Shown here one piece after another: positions 34,049 through 42,995 of a stretch of DNA of 64,000 nt. Under the pieces are notes generated by a model. The model was given only the letters and a program-made list of their open reading frames with translations. It was not told where the DNA came from and made no database searches. The first letter of the stretch is position 1, and every line of letters begins with the position of its first letter. Origin of the DNA: Gemmatimonadales bacterium. Its GTDB lineage: Bacteria; Gemmatimonadota; Gemmatimonadetes; Gemmatimonadales; GWC2-71-9. The stretch is taken from contig DASWIX010000079.1 in the NCBI GenBank assembly GCA_036397455.1, forward strand, positions 196,037 through 260,036, given 5' to 3'. The position numbers were made by a program, and so were the translations under genes.

Positions 34049-36433
34049 CTACGGCACGAGGTTCAGCGGCCGATACTTGAGGAAGAACACACCTTCCTGA
34101 CCGCTCGAAACCACGATCGTTCCACTCTCGAAGAACGGGTAGTTGCTCCACGACCCGTCGAACTCGACTTCCTCGCTCCACGGCACGGTGTCGAAGTAGC
34201 CGACCTCAGTGGGATTCTCCGGATCGCTGATGTCCAACACCCGCAGTCCGCTCACATAGTTGGACTGATACATCAGGGTGCCCTTGATGTACAAGTTGTG
34301 GTCGATCGTGAACGTCTCGCCAAAGTGTTCCTTGACCATGATCGGATCATCCAGGTCCTGGATGTCCCAAATGAGCGTGCGCGTCCCCGGCATGGGCTCG
34401 CCCGCCTGCACCGAGTTCGACTCGTCGCCCTCATCGTCCATGAAGAAGTACCGCTGATCCTCGGTGATCCACCCCTGATGGGCGTACCCAACGTTGGGGT
34501 AGTCGGCGGCCGACAGGCGAACGGGATGAGCCTTGTCGGTCACGTCCGCGATCGACAGCGCGGTCTCGTTGGACCCGAAGCAGATTTCCTTGCCGACGTG
34601 TTCGGCGTCGGGCCCGCTATACACGATGCACATCCCGTCGTGGGAGTACCCGGTTCTGGCATTCCCCGTGGTCGTATCGGCGAAGCAGCCCGCAAAGGCC
34701 GGTCGCGTCGGCGCCCGAACATCGATCATGTGCAACCCGCCGCCACACGTCTCCCCGCCGCTATTCACCCCGACCGCGTAGGCGAACCCCGTCTGTTCGT
34801 TGATCACGATGTTGTGCGCCGACGCGATCCCGTCGTAGTGTGCATCTTCCTCGAACGTCACCGGCGGCACGCGCACGTCGCGCAGATGGGTGAGATCGAA
34901 CACCTGCACGCCGTGCGGCCCCGCCCCGTCGGCGACGACGAACGCGTGATTGGCGTACACCTTGATGTCGCGCCAGGCGTTGCCGCGCGAGCCCGCCGTC
35001 TTCGGGAGGTTCCCCAGGTACGTCGGACGGGCCGCATCGGTGACATCGATGAACGCCGTCCCGTCCGTCCGCCCAACGATCGCGTACTCGCGGCCGGACG
35101 CCGGGTCGGTCCACCCCCAGACGTCATTCGTCTTGGCGCCGCGACCGCCGCCGATGCCGCGGACCGGCAGGAACGACACGATGTCCACCTGCTTGCAGTC
35201 GAATTGGTCGGCTTTGCCCTCGGAACACGCAACCTCACCGCCCACGATCGGCGATAGGGCGTCGGGCTCCGGCCCGAGCAGCTTATCCGATGCCCGCCAC
35301 GTGTCGCCGTCCCGCTCCATGATGATCGCGGAGCCGAGTCCGAAATCGTCGCCGGTCGCGCCAATGACCGCGAGGTTGCCGCCCACGGCAATCACGTCGC
35401 CGAAGTTGTCGCCGACGTCAGCCTCTGGACCGGCGAGTGCCGCTATGGGGGTGAATTCCCCTGGGGCCCCGTCGAACCGCAAGCGGTAGACGCGACCGGA
35501 GGCCCCCGCGCCCGGTGCGCCGACCCACAACTCGCCGTTCGCCGCCAGCAGCGTCGACCCAAAACGCGACCCGGATTCGCGCGGATCGGCATTCAGCGTC
35601 GGTCCGGCCTCCCACCCGGCGCTCCCGCGGCGGTAGGTACGGATCTCTCCGGTCCCCTGGTCTCTGCCCGGAACGCCGATCAGGGCCTGCCCATCCATCC
35701 AGGCGACCGACGATCCGAATGTGTCACCAGGCCGCCGGTCTGCTTCGTCGAGCGCGAACCGCTGTTCGAGGGCCCAGTCACCCGTGGCGTTACGGCGAAA
35801 CACGTAGGCGCCGCCGCGCTGCTGCAGCGCCTGGCTCGCCTGTAACGCGCCGGTCAGCAGCCGTTCGCCATCGAACGCGAGCGACCACCCGAGGAACTCC
35901 TGCGGTGGGGCGGAATCGCCCGGCACCAGCTTTGCCTCCTGACTCCATCCGCCCGACGCGTCACGGTGATACACGTAGACCGCGCCACGGCTTTCGTTGT
36001 GGCCCAGCGCGCTGACGAACAGCAGGTCCCCTTGCAGCAGGCCGAACCGTCCAAACGCGTCGCCCTCCCCGACATCGGCCGGTCGCAACATCTCGGCGTA
36101 GGCCCAATCATCGCCGTCGCGCCGATACACGAACGCGGCACCGGTGCTCTGGTCCAGCAGCGTACTGCCGATGATCATCGACCGGTCGTCCATCGCGATG
36201 AATCGCCCGAAGTAGTCGCCGCCTTCGTGTTCCGGGGCCGTGAGGGTACCGCTCCGCTCCCACCCGCCTCCCGCTCGACGATAGATGTAGATCGTCGCGG
36301 GCTCGGACTGCTTCACCGGCTCACTGATGAGAATCTGGCCGTCGCGAATAGCCGCGTAGGCCCCGAACTGCTGCGCCTGCAGCGACGCGGCGGTCAGGAT
36401 CGTGAAGGCAATGGCATAGGGAAGTCCGCGCAT
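34049..36433 (-). CDS. Secreted FG-GAP-like beta-propeller plus choice-of-anchor B / LVIVD-repeat protein
   Basis: Signal peptide MRGLPYAIAFTILTAASLQAQ. About seven ~50-aa repeats follow the pattern G..YVY.R....W......L......GD.FG.S.A..G..L..GA. The C-terminal half (CKQVDIVSFLP...NDVWGWTDPASGREYAIVGRTDGTAFIDVTD...WRDIKVYANHAFVVAD...VQVFDLTHL) matches the choice-of-anchor B family as I recall it. Confidence 0.8.
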   Translation of the reverse strand: MRGLPYAIAFTILTAASLQAQQFGAYAAIRDGQILISEPVKQSEPATIYIYRRAGGGWERSGTLTAPEHEGGDYFGRFIAMDDRSMIIGSTLLDQSTGAAFVYRRDGDDWAYAEMLRPADVGEGDAFGRFGLLQGDLLFVSALGHNESRGAVYVYHRDASGGWSQEAKLVPGDSAPPQEFLGWSLAFDGERLLTGALQASQALQQRGGAYVFRRNATGDWALEQRFALDEADRRPGDTFGSSVAWMDGQALIGVPGRDQGTGEIRTYRRGSAGWEAGPTLNADPRESGSRFGSTLLAANGELWVGAPGAGASGRVYRLRFDGAPGEFTPIAALAGPEADVGDNFGDVIAVGGNLAVIGATGDDFGLGSAIIMERDGDTWRASDKLLGPEPDALSPIVGGEVACSEGKADQFDCKQVDIVSFLPVRGIGGGRGAKTNDVWGWTDPASGREYAIVGRTDGTAFIDVTDAARPTYLGNLPKTAGSRGNAWRDIKVYANHAFVVADGAGPHGVQVFDLTHLRDVRVPPVTFEEDAHYDGIASAHNIVINEQTGFAYAVGVNSGGETCGGGLHMIDVRAPTRPAFAGCFADTTTGNARTGYSHDGMCIVYSGPDAEHVGKEICFGSNETALSIADVTDKAHPVRLSAADYPNVGYAHQGWITEDQRYFFMDDEGDESNSVQAGEPMPGTRTLIWDIQDLDDPIMVKEHFGETFTIDHNLYIKGTLMYQSNYVSGLRVLDISDPENPTEVGYFDTVPWSEEVEFDGSWSNYPFFESGTIVVSSGQEGVFFLKYRPLNLVP

Positions 36434-36637
36434 CCAAACACCTCGCTCGTGTCGTTGACTGTGAACCGGTTGGGCCGGGTTGAGCGGTTGAAGATACCCC
36501 GCCTCCCCCCGCGTGGTTCAGGGGGGGCGAGACGCATCGTCCACCCCGACACCAATGTAGACGCATGTGGCACAAAAAGGGTTTCAGATCGGGCGCAGCG
36601 CTCTCCGGGGATCGGCGTCACGCGACCCGGTCCGAGG

Positions 36638-37177
36638 TCAGGGCTCGTGCGGTGGCAAGAACTCAGGCGGGATCGGGTTGTCCTCCCGTTCGCTATCGAA
36701 GATCCACCCGACGATCCACCAGCGGGTTCCGTCGAAGTAGAGCTGGATACTGTTGATGCCGCGCCCGCGGACCGACCCGTTCGGCGCGTCGCTGGACGCG
36801 TAGGTACTCCAAACGTTCGCCACGTTGCCGAACCGCTGGGTCACACGGTGGATCTCCCATTCGTAGAACGGCCGTTGACGGGGCCCGCCAAACCGGTCGT
36901 GGTATTCCCCCAGCGACATCATGCGGATCGTTGGCCGACCGCCCGCCCCACGCACCGGGATACCAACCCGGGCATCCGGCACGTGGAGCGATGCGTCACG
37001 GACCCGGTCAGCTCGCCCGCCCGCCGGACCCGACACGACGTCGTAGTACGCCTTGAGCATTCCATCTAACGTTCCGACGTCCTCGGCCCGCGCGACGGGA
37101 GTCGAGTCGGTCTGGGCACGTAGCGGCGCCGACAAGGCCAGGCCGGCCATCCCGATGGTAAGCATGATCCGCTTCAT
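36638..37177 (-). CDS. Secreted NTF2-like (SnoaL/DUF4440-type) protein
   Basis: The start is taken at ATG 37177 (MKRIMLTIGMAGLALSAPLRAQ signal). The C-terminal RGRGINSIQLYFDGTRWWIVGWIFDSE is typical of NTF2-fold proteins. The track ORF extends to 37348. Confidence 0.55.
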   Translation of the reverse strand: MKRIMLTIGMAGLALSAPLRAQTDSTPVARAEDVGTLDGMLKAYYDVVSGPAGGRADRVRDASLHVPDARVGIPVRGAGGRPTIRMMSLGEYHDRFGGPRQRPFYEWEIHRVTQRFGNVANVWSTYASSDAPNGSVRGRGINSIQLYFDGTRWWIVGWIFDSEREDNPIPPEFLPPHEP

Positions 37178-37390
37178 GCCGTCTCCAACCGCCTGCCTGC
37201 GACGGCCATAGTACCCACGCGCGCATTCCACAGTCCGAGCCCAACCGTGGTACCACCGGACCACAACGGAGGATCGGGTCGAGGCGTCGTGAAATCGAGC
37301 AGCCAATGGCCGACGTCGACGCCCTGGCGCGAAATGACCTGCGAACATGTTCCTCGTCCTCGATAGAAGTGCCCGATGTTGGGCCGCTGA

Positions 37391-38248
37391 TCAGGAAAGG
37401 TCGACCGGCGCACTGTCGGTCGCCTGGTGGTCGTCGATCAGGAGGAGATTCCCGATCGCGAGCGGGTCCCACCCCGCGTCGTCGGACAACGGCTCCGAGC
37501 TGACGATCAACGACGACAGCTCCGGCTCGCACGCCACCATCTGCGACCGCCGCGCCAGCACCTCATACCGACGACCACGATGGACGTACAGCGTGTCCGC
37601 GTTGCGGGCGGCGTCCGTGGTGAATCGGCACGCGACCGTGTCTCGCCCATCGGTCAGCACCGCGTTGAAATAGACGTGGTCGACGGCTTCCGCCGCCCCG
37701 CGCAACGCCAACACCCGGCGCAGTGCCCGTGTGAGCGCCGCCGCCAACCGGCCCGGACCGCCGCCGGCGGGCTCGGCCTGCAGCTCGTCCACCACCAGCG
37801 CGAACACGTGCTCGGAATCCGTCGTACCGCGAATGGTGTCGAATGCCACGTCCGACAGCGAGCGCAGCAGTGGACGCCGGATCTCGTGGAACCCTCCCAC
37901 GTCGCCGTTATGCATGAAGCAGACGCTACCCCAGCGGAACGGATGGCAGTTGGCTTCCGCGACACCGATCCCCTGAGTGGCCGCCCGCACGTGGGCGAGG
38001 ATTCTCGGCGACCGCGTGACCCGGGCGATTTCGACCAAGTTCATGTTGCTCCACGCGGGTGATACTGAGCGAAACAATGCCGGCGGCTCGCCCGGATCGC
38101 CGTACCAGGCGACGCCGAATCCGTCCCCGTTCAGCGGCTCCTCGCGCTCGTGGGCATGAAAGCTCTGGTGCACCAGGGAATGTTCCGGCTCCGTGACGAG
38201 CGAGGCGAGGGTAATCGGTGGACCTTGATAGTACAGGAAGCGACACAT
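37391..38248 (-). CDS. Class II (Ntn) glutamine amidotransferase, YafJ/EgtC-like
   Basis: The start is at ATG 38248, so that Cys is residue 2 (MCRFLYYQGPP). Also NGDGFGVAWY, ILAHVRAATQG, NCHPF and FMHNGDVGGF. Confidence 0.85.
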   Translation of the reverse strand: MCRFLYYQGPPITLASLVTEPEHSLVHQSFHAHEREEPLNGDGFGVAWYGDPGEPPALFRSVSPAWSNMNLVEIARVTRSPRILAHVRAATQGIGVAEANCHPFRWGSVCFMHNGDVGGFHEIRRPLLRSLSDVAFDTIRGTTDSEHVFALVVDELQAEPAGGGPGRLAAALTRALRRVLALRGAAEAVDHVYFNAVLTDGRDTVACRFTTDAARNADTLYVHRGRRYEVLARRSQMVACEPELSSLIVSSEPLSDDAGWDPLAIGNLLLIDDHQATDSAPVDLS

Positions 38249-38359
38249 GCGCGGTGGCCGCCGATGGAAGATCGTGTCGAAGGTTACATTCGTTGCGATC
38301 CAGCGTCTACGTGGCCTGGCCACGCCCACGAGCACCCGGATGCGAGCAGCGAACGGCCT

Positions 38360-38572
38360 TTACCGCGAGGCGAGGTCGAGGACTCCGGCAACCGCCAACC
38401 CGCCCACCAGGAGAAAGCCCAGGCCGAGCACTACATAGAATACCCTCGTCCCGGTTTGGCCCATGATCTTGATGAAGAACTGCGCCTTGCGGTGCTCCAT
38501 GAAGAACGGCCACCGCATGACCGCACCCGCAATCGCGAACGCACCGATGCCGATCAGAAACCACCCTGCCAT
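38360..38572 (-). CDS. Small two-TM membrane protein (70 aa, hypothetical)
   Basis: MAGWFLIGIGAFAIAGAV...VFYVVLGLGFLLVGGLAVAGVL gives two clear hydrophobic helices. No family recognised. Confidence 0.5.
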   Translation of the reverse strand: MAGWFLIGIGAFAIAGAVMRWPFFMEHRKAQFFIKIMGQTGTRVFYVVLGLGFLLVGGLAVAGVLDLASR

Positions 38573-38806
38573 ACAGACCTCCTGGACATACCGTGAAGCC
38601 GCAAGCGCATCCGAACGAGATGCAGCCGCGGTCGCTCTACGAGGTCGCCCGCAGCATCCTCATCCACGGAAACCCGGCCCCGGGACGCGAACCGCCGCAG
38701 CGTGACGGACACCGAATCGCCTCGCGTGCGGAACGTGGCCAGCATGCGGCGTGACGGCTGGATGCGCAAGGCCGGCCGGTCAGTCACCGCGAGGCGACAG
38801 CGCCGT

Positions 38807-40006
38807 TCACGGCCGATCCGGCGCGCGGTGTCGCACCAGCCGATGCAATCCCCTGCCCACCATCAAGCCCAACGCGAGCCCGGTCAGGTCCCACCCCCCG
38901 GCAACCACGCCCGCAACGCCGATTGCCAACGCGATGCCGCCAACCAGGAGCGCGACCGCAACCAGTGATTCCCGGCGCCGCCTCAACAGGTAGCCGACGG
39001 GCAGCGTCAGGCAGACCGCCCACAACAACGTCGCGACTCCGTTGGCAGCCCACGGCCACGTGTGCCCGCCGATCAACGCGCTCCAGCCGGACGCAAGCGA
39101 CACCCGCATCCCGCATACCCGGCGCGTGTCCACGTCGAGACAGATGCCACCGGCCTCGCGCCAGACGGTCACGGACGCCGTATCCCCCGGCTCCGCATCA
39201 GCGAGGACGCCCCTGGAACGAAAGTCGGGTGTGCCCAGTCCCAACGCCACCGCGCGCGTACGCGGTCGGAACACGAGGTCGGTTTCGTCGATTGCGATAA
39301 GCAACTGTTCATCGTTGGCGTCGTTCACGATACCGAACACCGGCGCCAGCCCCGGGGGTGCGGGGCCGAGGATCACACGAACGCGCACCGGCGCACCGGC
39401 GGCCAACAAGGCTCGCACGGTGTCGGTCGCCTCGATGCGCCGGGACCCAATGGCGCGGTCACCGACGTGGACGTCGATCACGCGACCCTGGTACGTCTCG
39501 AGCGTCTTGCGTTTGGCGGTCCACATCCCGAAGTACCCACCCGGGAGATAGTCAGGCGCAAAGAGCCAGGCCGGGGCGGCGCTCAGGACGGCCGCCAGCA
39601 ACGCCGCCGCGACCGCCAAGCGGCTCGCGAGGCGCGCGCGCAAGACCAGCAGCACATGCAGGCGCGGCGTCACGAAGAATGCGCTGGCGCCTCCGAGCCC
39701 GTTGAGCATCACGTCCGCGACGCTGGCATGACGGCCGGGGATCACCAGTTGCGCGCTCTCGAGGACGATCGAGAACGCGAGCAGCGCCAATACCGCCCTT
39801 GGCGTCCTCCAGTCCAACAGCGCGAGGCCGATGCCGATGGGCGCGAAGAGCAGCAAATTGTTGAACACGTCCGCGACGCCACGGCCGCACGTGACACAAT
39901 CCTGCGCGATATCGGGATTGGGGACGCGAAACGGCATCGCCGTCGCGGTCACGACGGCCACCACGGAAGCAACGAGCACGAAGGTGCCGAGGCGTCGTGC
40001 GGACAA
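38807..40006 (-). CDS. VanZ-like membrane protein with extra periplasmic and C-terminal TM regions
   Basis: VanZ-type core NNLLLFAPIGIGLALL...LAFSIVLESAQLVIPGRHASVADVMLNGLGG. The start is uncertain (TTG 40006 or GTG 39979). The track start at 40204 would overlap the upstream gene by 184 nt. Confidence 0.6.
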   Translation of the reverse strand: MSARRLGTFVLVASVVAVVTATAMPFRVPNPDIAQDCVTCGRGVADVFNNLLLFAPIGIGLALLDWRTPRAVLALLAFSIVLESAQLVIPGRHASVADVMLNGLGGASAFFVTPRLHVLLVLRARLASRLAVAAALLAAVLSAAPAWLFAPDYLPGGYFGMWTAKRKTLETYQGRVIDVHVGDRAIGSRRIEATDTVRALLAAGAPVRVRVILGPAPPGLAPVFGIVNDANDEQLLIAIDETDLVFRPRTRAVALGLGTPDFRSRGVLADAEPGDTASVTVWREAGGICLDVDTRRVCGMRVSLASGWSALIGGHTWPWAANGVATLLWAVCLTLPVGYLLRRRRESLVAVALLVGGIALAIGVAGVVAGGWDLTGLALGLMVGRGLHRLVRHRAPDRP

Positions 40007-40020
40007 CGGCGCGCGCGGGA

Positions 40021-41436
40021 CTATGGCGGCGGCCGAGTGATGCCCACCGGATCGGCCACCGGACCACGCAGTCCCCCGCGCGTGGGCCAGCGTTGCGGTT
40101 CGGGCACCACCGCAGGCGCGGTGCCCACCATTGACGCGTCCTTCCCATCGGGGCGCGTCACCGCCCACAGCATCGTATTCATGATCCAAGTGGTGTAGAA
40201 CCACGGGACCAACAGCGACGCGTAGAAGATGCCCGACAGGACGTTCGCGAGGTTGGCCCCTTCGAGCGCGTAAGCCAGGTAGCGCAGGTTGTATGCGCCG
40301 CCCGTGCGGGCCTTCCAGCGCTCGGCCGCTTCGGGTGTTTGAATCGCTTTGTTACGCCGCACGAAGTCGATCATCAGCAACGTGAATCCGATGACACCCA
40401 CCGCGCCGAGTTCGCTCAGAATCTGAAAATAGGAGTTGTGGAGGTTCTGACCGTACAGCGCCCCCGGAAAGGGGTACTCCTCGATTTGGCCGACGTGGAA
40501 GAAGGTGGACGCGAACGCGCCGAAGTTGCCCGCCCCCACCCCAAAGATCGGGTGCTCCTTGAAGACGTCGATCGCCGCCATCCACAGCGCCCACCGCAGG
40601 CCGCCCGTTCCCTCCTCGGTCCCTTCGGAGAAGGCGCTGGCCATTTCCGACCAAAACGCCCCACCGGGAAACAGCACGCCGGCCGCTCCGATGACCAGGA
40701 CCACCCCCACGATCCCCCACATGGCCGTGAGGACCTTCCGCGGTGAGCGGTACCAGAGGTAACCGGCAACCACCACGAGCGAGAGGAACGCGCCGCGTGC
40801 AAACGAGATCATCACGCCGATGACGCAGTAGGCGGCGAGCCCCAGCAACAGGCGCCGGAGCCATGGCGAGCGCGTCGCCATACCGCACCAGACGGACACG
40901 GCCACCCCCTGCACCATCAACCCGCCGAAGCCGTCGTAGTTGCGCAGGCCGGGGTGCCACGGCACCAGACCCATGTTTCGCGCGTGAAGCGCCCACCAGA
41001 TGAACTGCACGAACAACATCGCCACGATCGGCACCGCCTGGCGCGCGGTGCGGACGAACACCGCGGTCGCCACCCCCAGCACGTAGTAGATCACGAAGAA
41101 TTGCGTCGCCGCTCGCGCGTACAGTTGATTCGCCGCCGAAGGGAAGGTCACGAAAGCACTGAGCAGCAGCAGCAGAAACGGAGGGTACCACACCCAACCT
41201 TTGGCCCAGCCCAGGATACCGGGTGCGTTCACGGCGATCATGACGAGCAGTGGGACGAAGACCAGCGACGCGAGACGCCCCAGCGGCCCGAACACCACCG
41301 TCCCCAGGAAGAAATGCACGTCGAACAGCACGACGACCCACACGACGTACAGGTACATGACGGCGAAGGAGATCTCTCCCCCGGCGCCGGCGGGATTGGT
41401 GCGGGCGGCTCGGATGTACCCCTCCTCCTGCGTCAT
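40021..41436 (-). CDS. O-antigen ligase / polymerase-like (Wzy_C) membrane protein
   Basis: 471 aa with about 10-12 TM helices. The periplasmic loop block FARGAFLSLVVVAGYL...LWMAAIDVFKEHPIFGVGAGNFG is typical of the Wzy_C/O-antigen ligase family. Confidence 0.8.
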   Translation of the reverse strand: MTQEEGYIRAARTNPAGAGGEISFAVMYLYVVWVVVLFDVHFFLGTVVFGPLGRLASLVFVPLLVMIAVNAPGILGWAKGWVWYPPFLLLLLSAFVTFPSAANQLYARAATQFFVIYYVLGVATAVFVRTARQAVPIVAMLFVQFIWWALHARNMGLVPWHPGLRNYDGFGGLMVQGVAVSVWCGMATRSPWLRRLLLGLAAYCVIGVMISFARGAFLSLVVVAGYLWYRSPRKVLTAMWGIVGVVLVIGAAGVLFPGGAFWSEMASAFSEGTEEGTGGLRWALWMAAIDVFKEHPIFGVGAGNFGAFASTFFHVGQIEEYPFPGALYGQNLHNSYFQILSELGAVGVIGFTLLMIDFVRRNKAIQTPEAAERWKARTGGAYNLRYLAYALEGANLANVLSGIFYASLLVPWFYTTWIMNTMLWAVTRPDGKDASMVGTAPAVVPEPQRWPTRGGLRGPVADPVGITRPPP

Positions 41437-41553
41437 GCGGTGCGCGCGGCGCTTCGGTGGAGCGCAACCATCATACCAGCAGGCGGCGCGCCTCCCCGTG
41501 TCGCGGGTTGTTGCATCGATGCAACAGTGTACCGGATGCCCGGTGAGCGGTCA

Positions 41554-42888
41554 ATGGGCATACATTGTGCGCTCCGCCTGCGTGGTGCGGACGGCCGTTT
41601 GTTCCGACGTTTCTCTGGGGGTGGCGTGGCGGGTCGACTGAAGCGGGTGGCGGGCAGTGCGGTCGTGTACGTGGGAATCGTCCTGGGCACGCTGGTGCTG
41701 CTCGATCTGACGCTGATCGTATTCGGTTTGTTCCCGCCGACCCACGATTATGGCGATCCCGAGGTGGGGTGGGTGGCAGCGCGGCCGTCGGGCGAGATGC
41801 GTGAAGACCGGTGCATGGAGTTCTCCACGCGCGAGATCTTCCGGATTTCGCGGAACGAGGACGCACTGCGCACCTCCCGCTCGGCCGAACGGCTGCGCCA
41901 GGACGACGACCTGTTCAAGGTCGCCGTCACGGGCGACTCGCAGACGGAACTGTGCGCTCCCAATCCGCTGACCCACTTCGGCGTTCTGGAACGTGAACTG
42001 ACGGCCTCGGGTATGCCGAGCGCGGCGTACGCCTACGGCGCCGGCAAGTACGCGCCACTGCAGGCGTACCTGGCGGTCATGCGTGCGTCGCGCGGTTACG
42101 CGACGGACGCGCTCGTGTTGAACTTCTATACCGGCAACGATTTCCTCGACATGCTCCGGGTCGACGATCGACCGCACTTCGCGCCCGCGGGCGACGGCTA
42201 CACGATCGCCGCGCCCGTCTGGTTTCAACTTGACGACCCGACGGTGCGGCGTCGCAGCCGCGTACTCTATGCCCTCCGGACGGTCCTGAAGCGCACGGGG
42301 CTGCACACGGTGTTGGTGCGCGTGCGGTATCATCGCGCCACGGCCGCGGCGCAGGGGAAAGGGCTGCGCTCGGTGCTGGCGTACATGAACGACCTGAGGA
42401 AGTCGGCGTCGCCGGAGGTGGGGTATGCCGCGGCACTCACGGCGCAGATGCTCAACCAGCAACTCTTCTTTCATCGGTTTCCGGACAGCAAGGCCGAGAG
42501 CCTGCGGCGCGTCAGGGCGTTGTTCGAACTCGTGCGGCGCGAACATCCCGAGATGGTCTTGGTACTGAGTCCGCTGCCATCATACCAACTCGTGCGGGAA
42601 CAACCCGTCGACGACATCCTGCTCCGTACCATCGAACGGCTCCCGATCACCTACGAATCGGGCGTCCGGGAGGAAGGCGAGTTGTATGAAGCGCTCCGCG
42701 TCCTGGCCGCCCAAACCGGCTGGCGGTTCGCCGACAATCTGGCGCCGCTCCGGGCCTACGCGGGAACCGAACGGTTGTTCAACGACTTTGATTATCATTA
42801 CCTGCCGCCGGCCAGCGATATCATCGGTCGGGCCCAGGCCGCGGCCTTCGCGACACCGTCCGACACGCCGCCCGACCCCTCCCGCTGA
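41554..42888 (+). CDS. Membrane-anchored SGNH/GDSL-like (AlgJ/DltD-like) protein
   Basis: The start is trimmed to ATG 41554 (or 41536). The first 200 codons of the track ORF are antisense to the Wzy_C gene. One TM (AVVYVGIVLGTLVLLDLTLIVFGL). Block I is VAVTGDSQTE, followed by LNFYTGNDFLDM. The C-terminus is ERLFNDFDYHYLPPA, aligned by eye to the fusion's SPFDHHPNARGH. Confidence 0.6.
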   Translation: MGIHCALRLRGADGRLFRRFSGGGVAGRLKRVAGSAVVYVGIVLGTLVLLDLTLIVFGLFPPTHDYGDPEVGWVAARPSGEMREDRCMEFSTREIFRISRNEDALRTSRSAERLRQDDDLFKVAVTGDSQTELCAPNPLTHFGVLERELTASGMPSAAYAYGAGKYAPLQAYLAVMRASRGYATDALVLNFYTGNDFLDMLRVDDRPHFAPAGDGYTIAAPVWFQLDDPTVRRRSRVLYALRTVLKRTGLHTVLVRVRYHRATAAAQGKGLRSVLAYMNDLRKSASPEVGYAAALTAQMLNQQLFFHRFPDSKAESLRRVRALFELVRREHPEMVLVLSPLPSYQLVREQPVDDILLRTIERLPITYESGVREEGELYEALRVLAAQTGWRFADNLAPLRAYAGTERLFNDFDYHYLPPASDIIGRAQAAAFATPSDTPPDPSR

Positions 42889-42995
42889 CGGCGTGAGCCG
42901 TCCCATCGGCCACCACCGTTTGCGGCTTCCCCGCCGCACCGGCATATTTCGTCGGACGTCGGTATTCCAACGTCCGGGCATTCAGCTGTGAGGCA

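Noticed and set aside
36497-36530. A GC-rich hairpin (CGCCTCCCCCC-loop-GGGGGGGCG) downstream of the NTF2-like gene, considered as a terminator.
   Set aside because: - No U-tract follows on the minus strand.
- It lies about 110 nt from the stop and contains a bulge. The evidence is too weak to annotate.
38554-38787. A 77-aa minus-strand ORF in the gap between the small membrane protein and the VanZ-like gene.
   Set aside because: It is Arg-rich, has no motif and no good start context, and overlaps the 3' end of the upstream gene region. I left it unannotated.
40954-41553. The N-terminal 200 codons of the track ORF 40954..42888.
   Set aside because: - This part is antisense to the Wzy_C gene and is His/Arg/Asp/Glu-rich without structure.
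- The SGNH protein only becomes sensible from about 41536/41554, where a basic stretch is followed by a TM helix.
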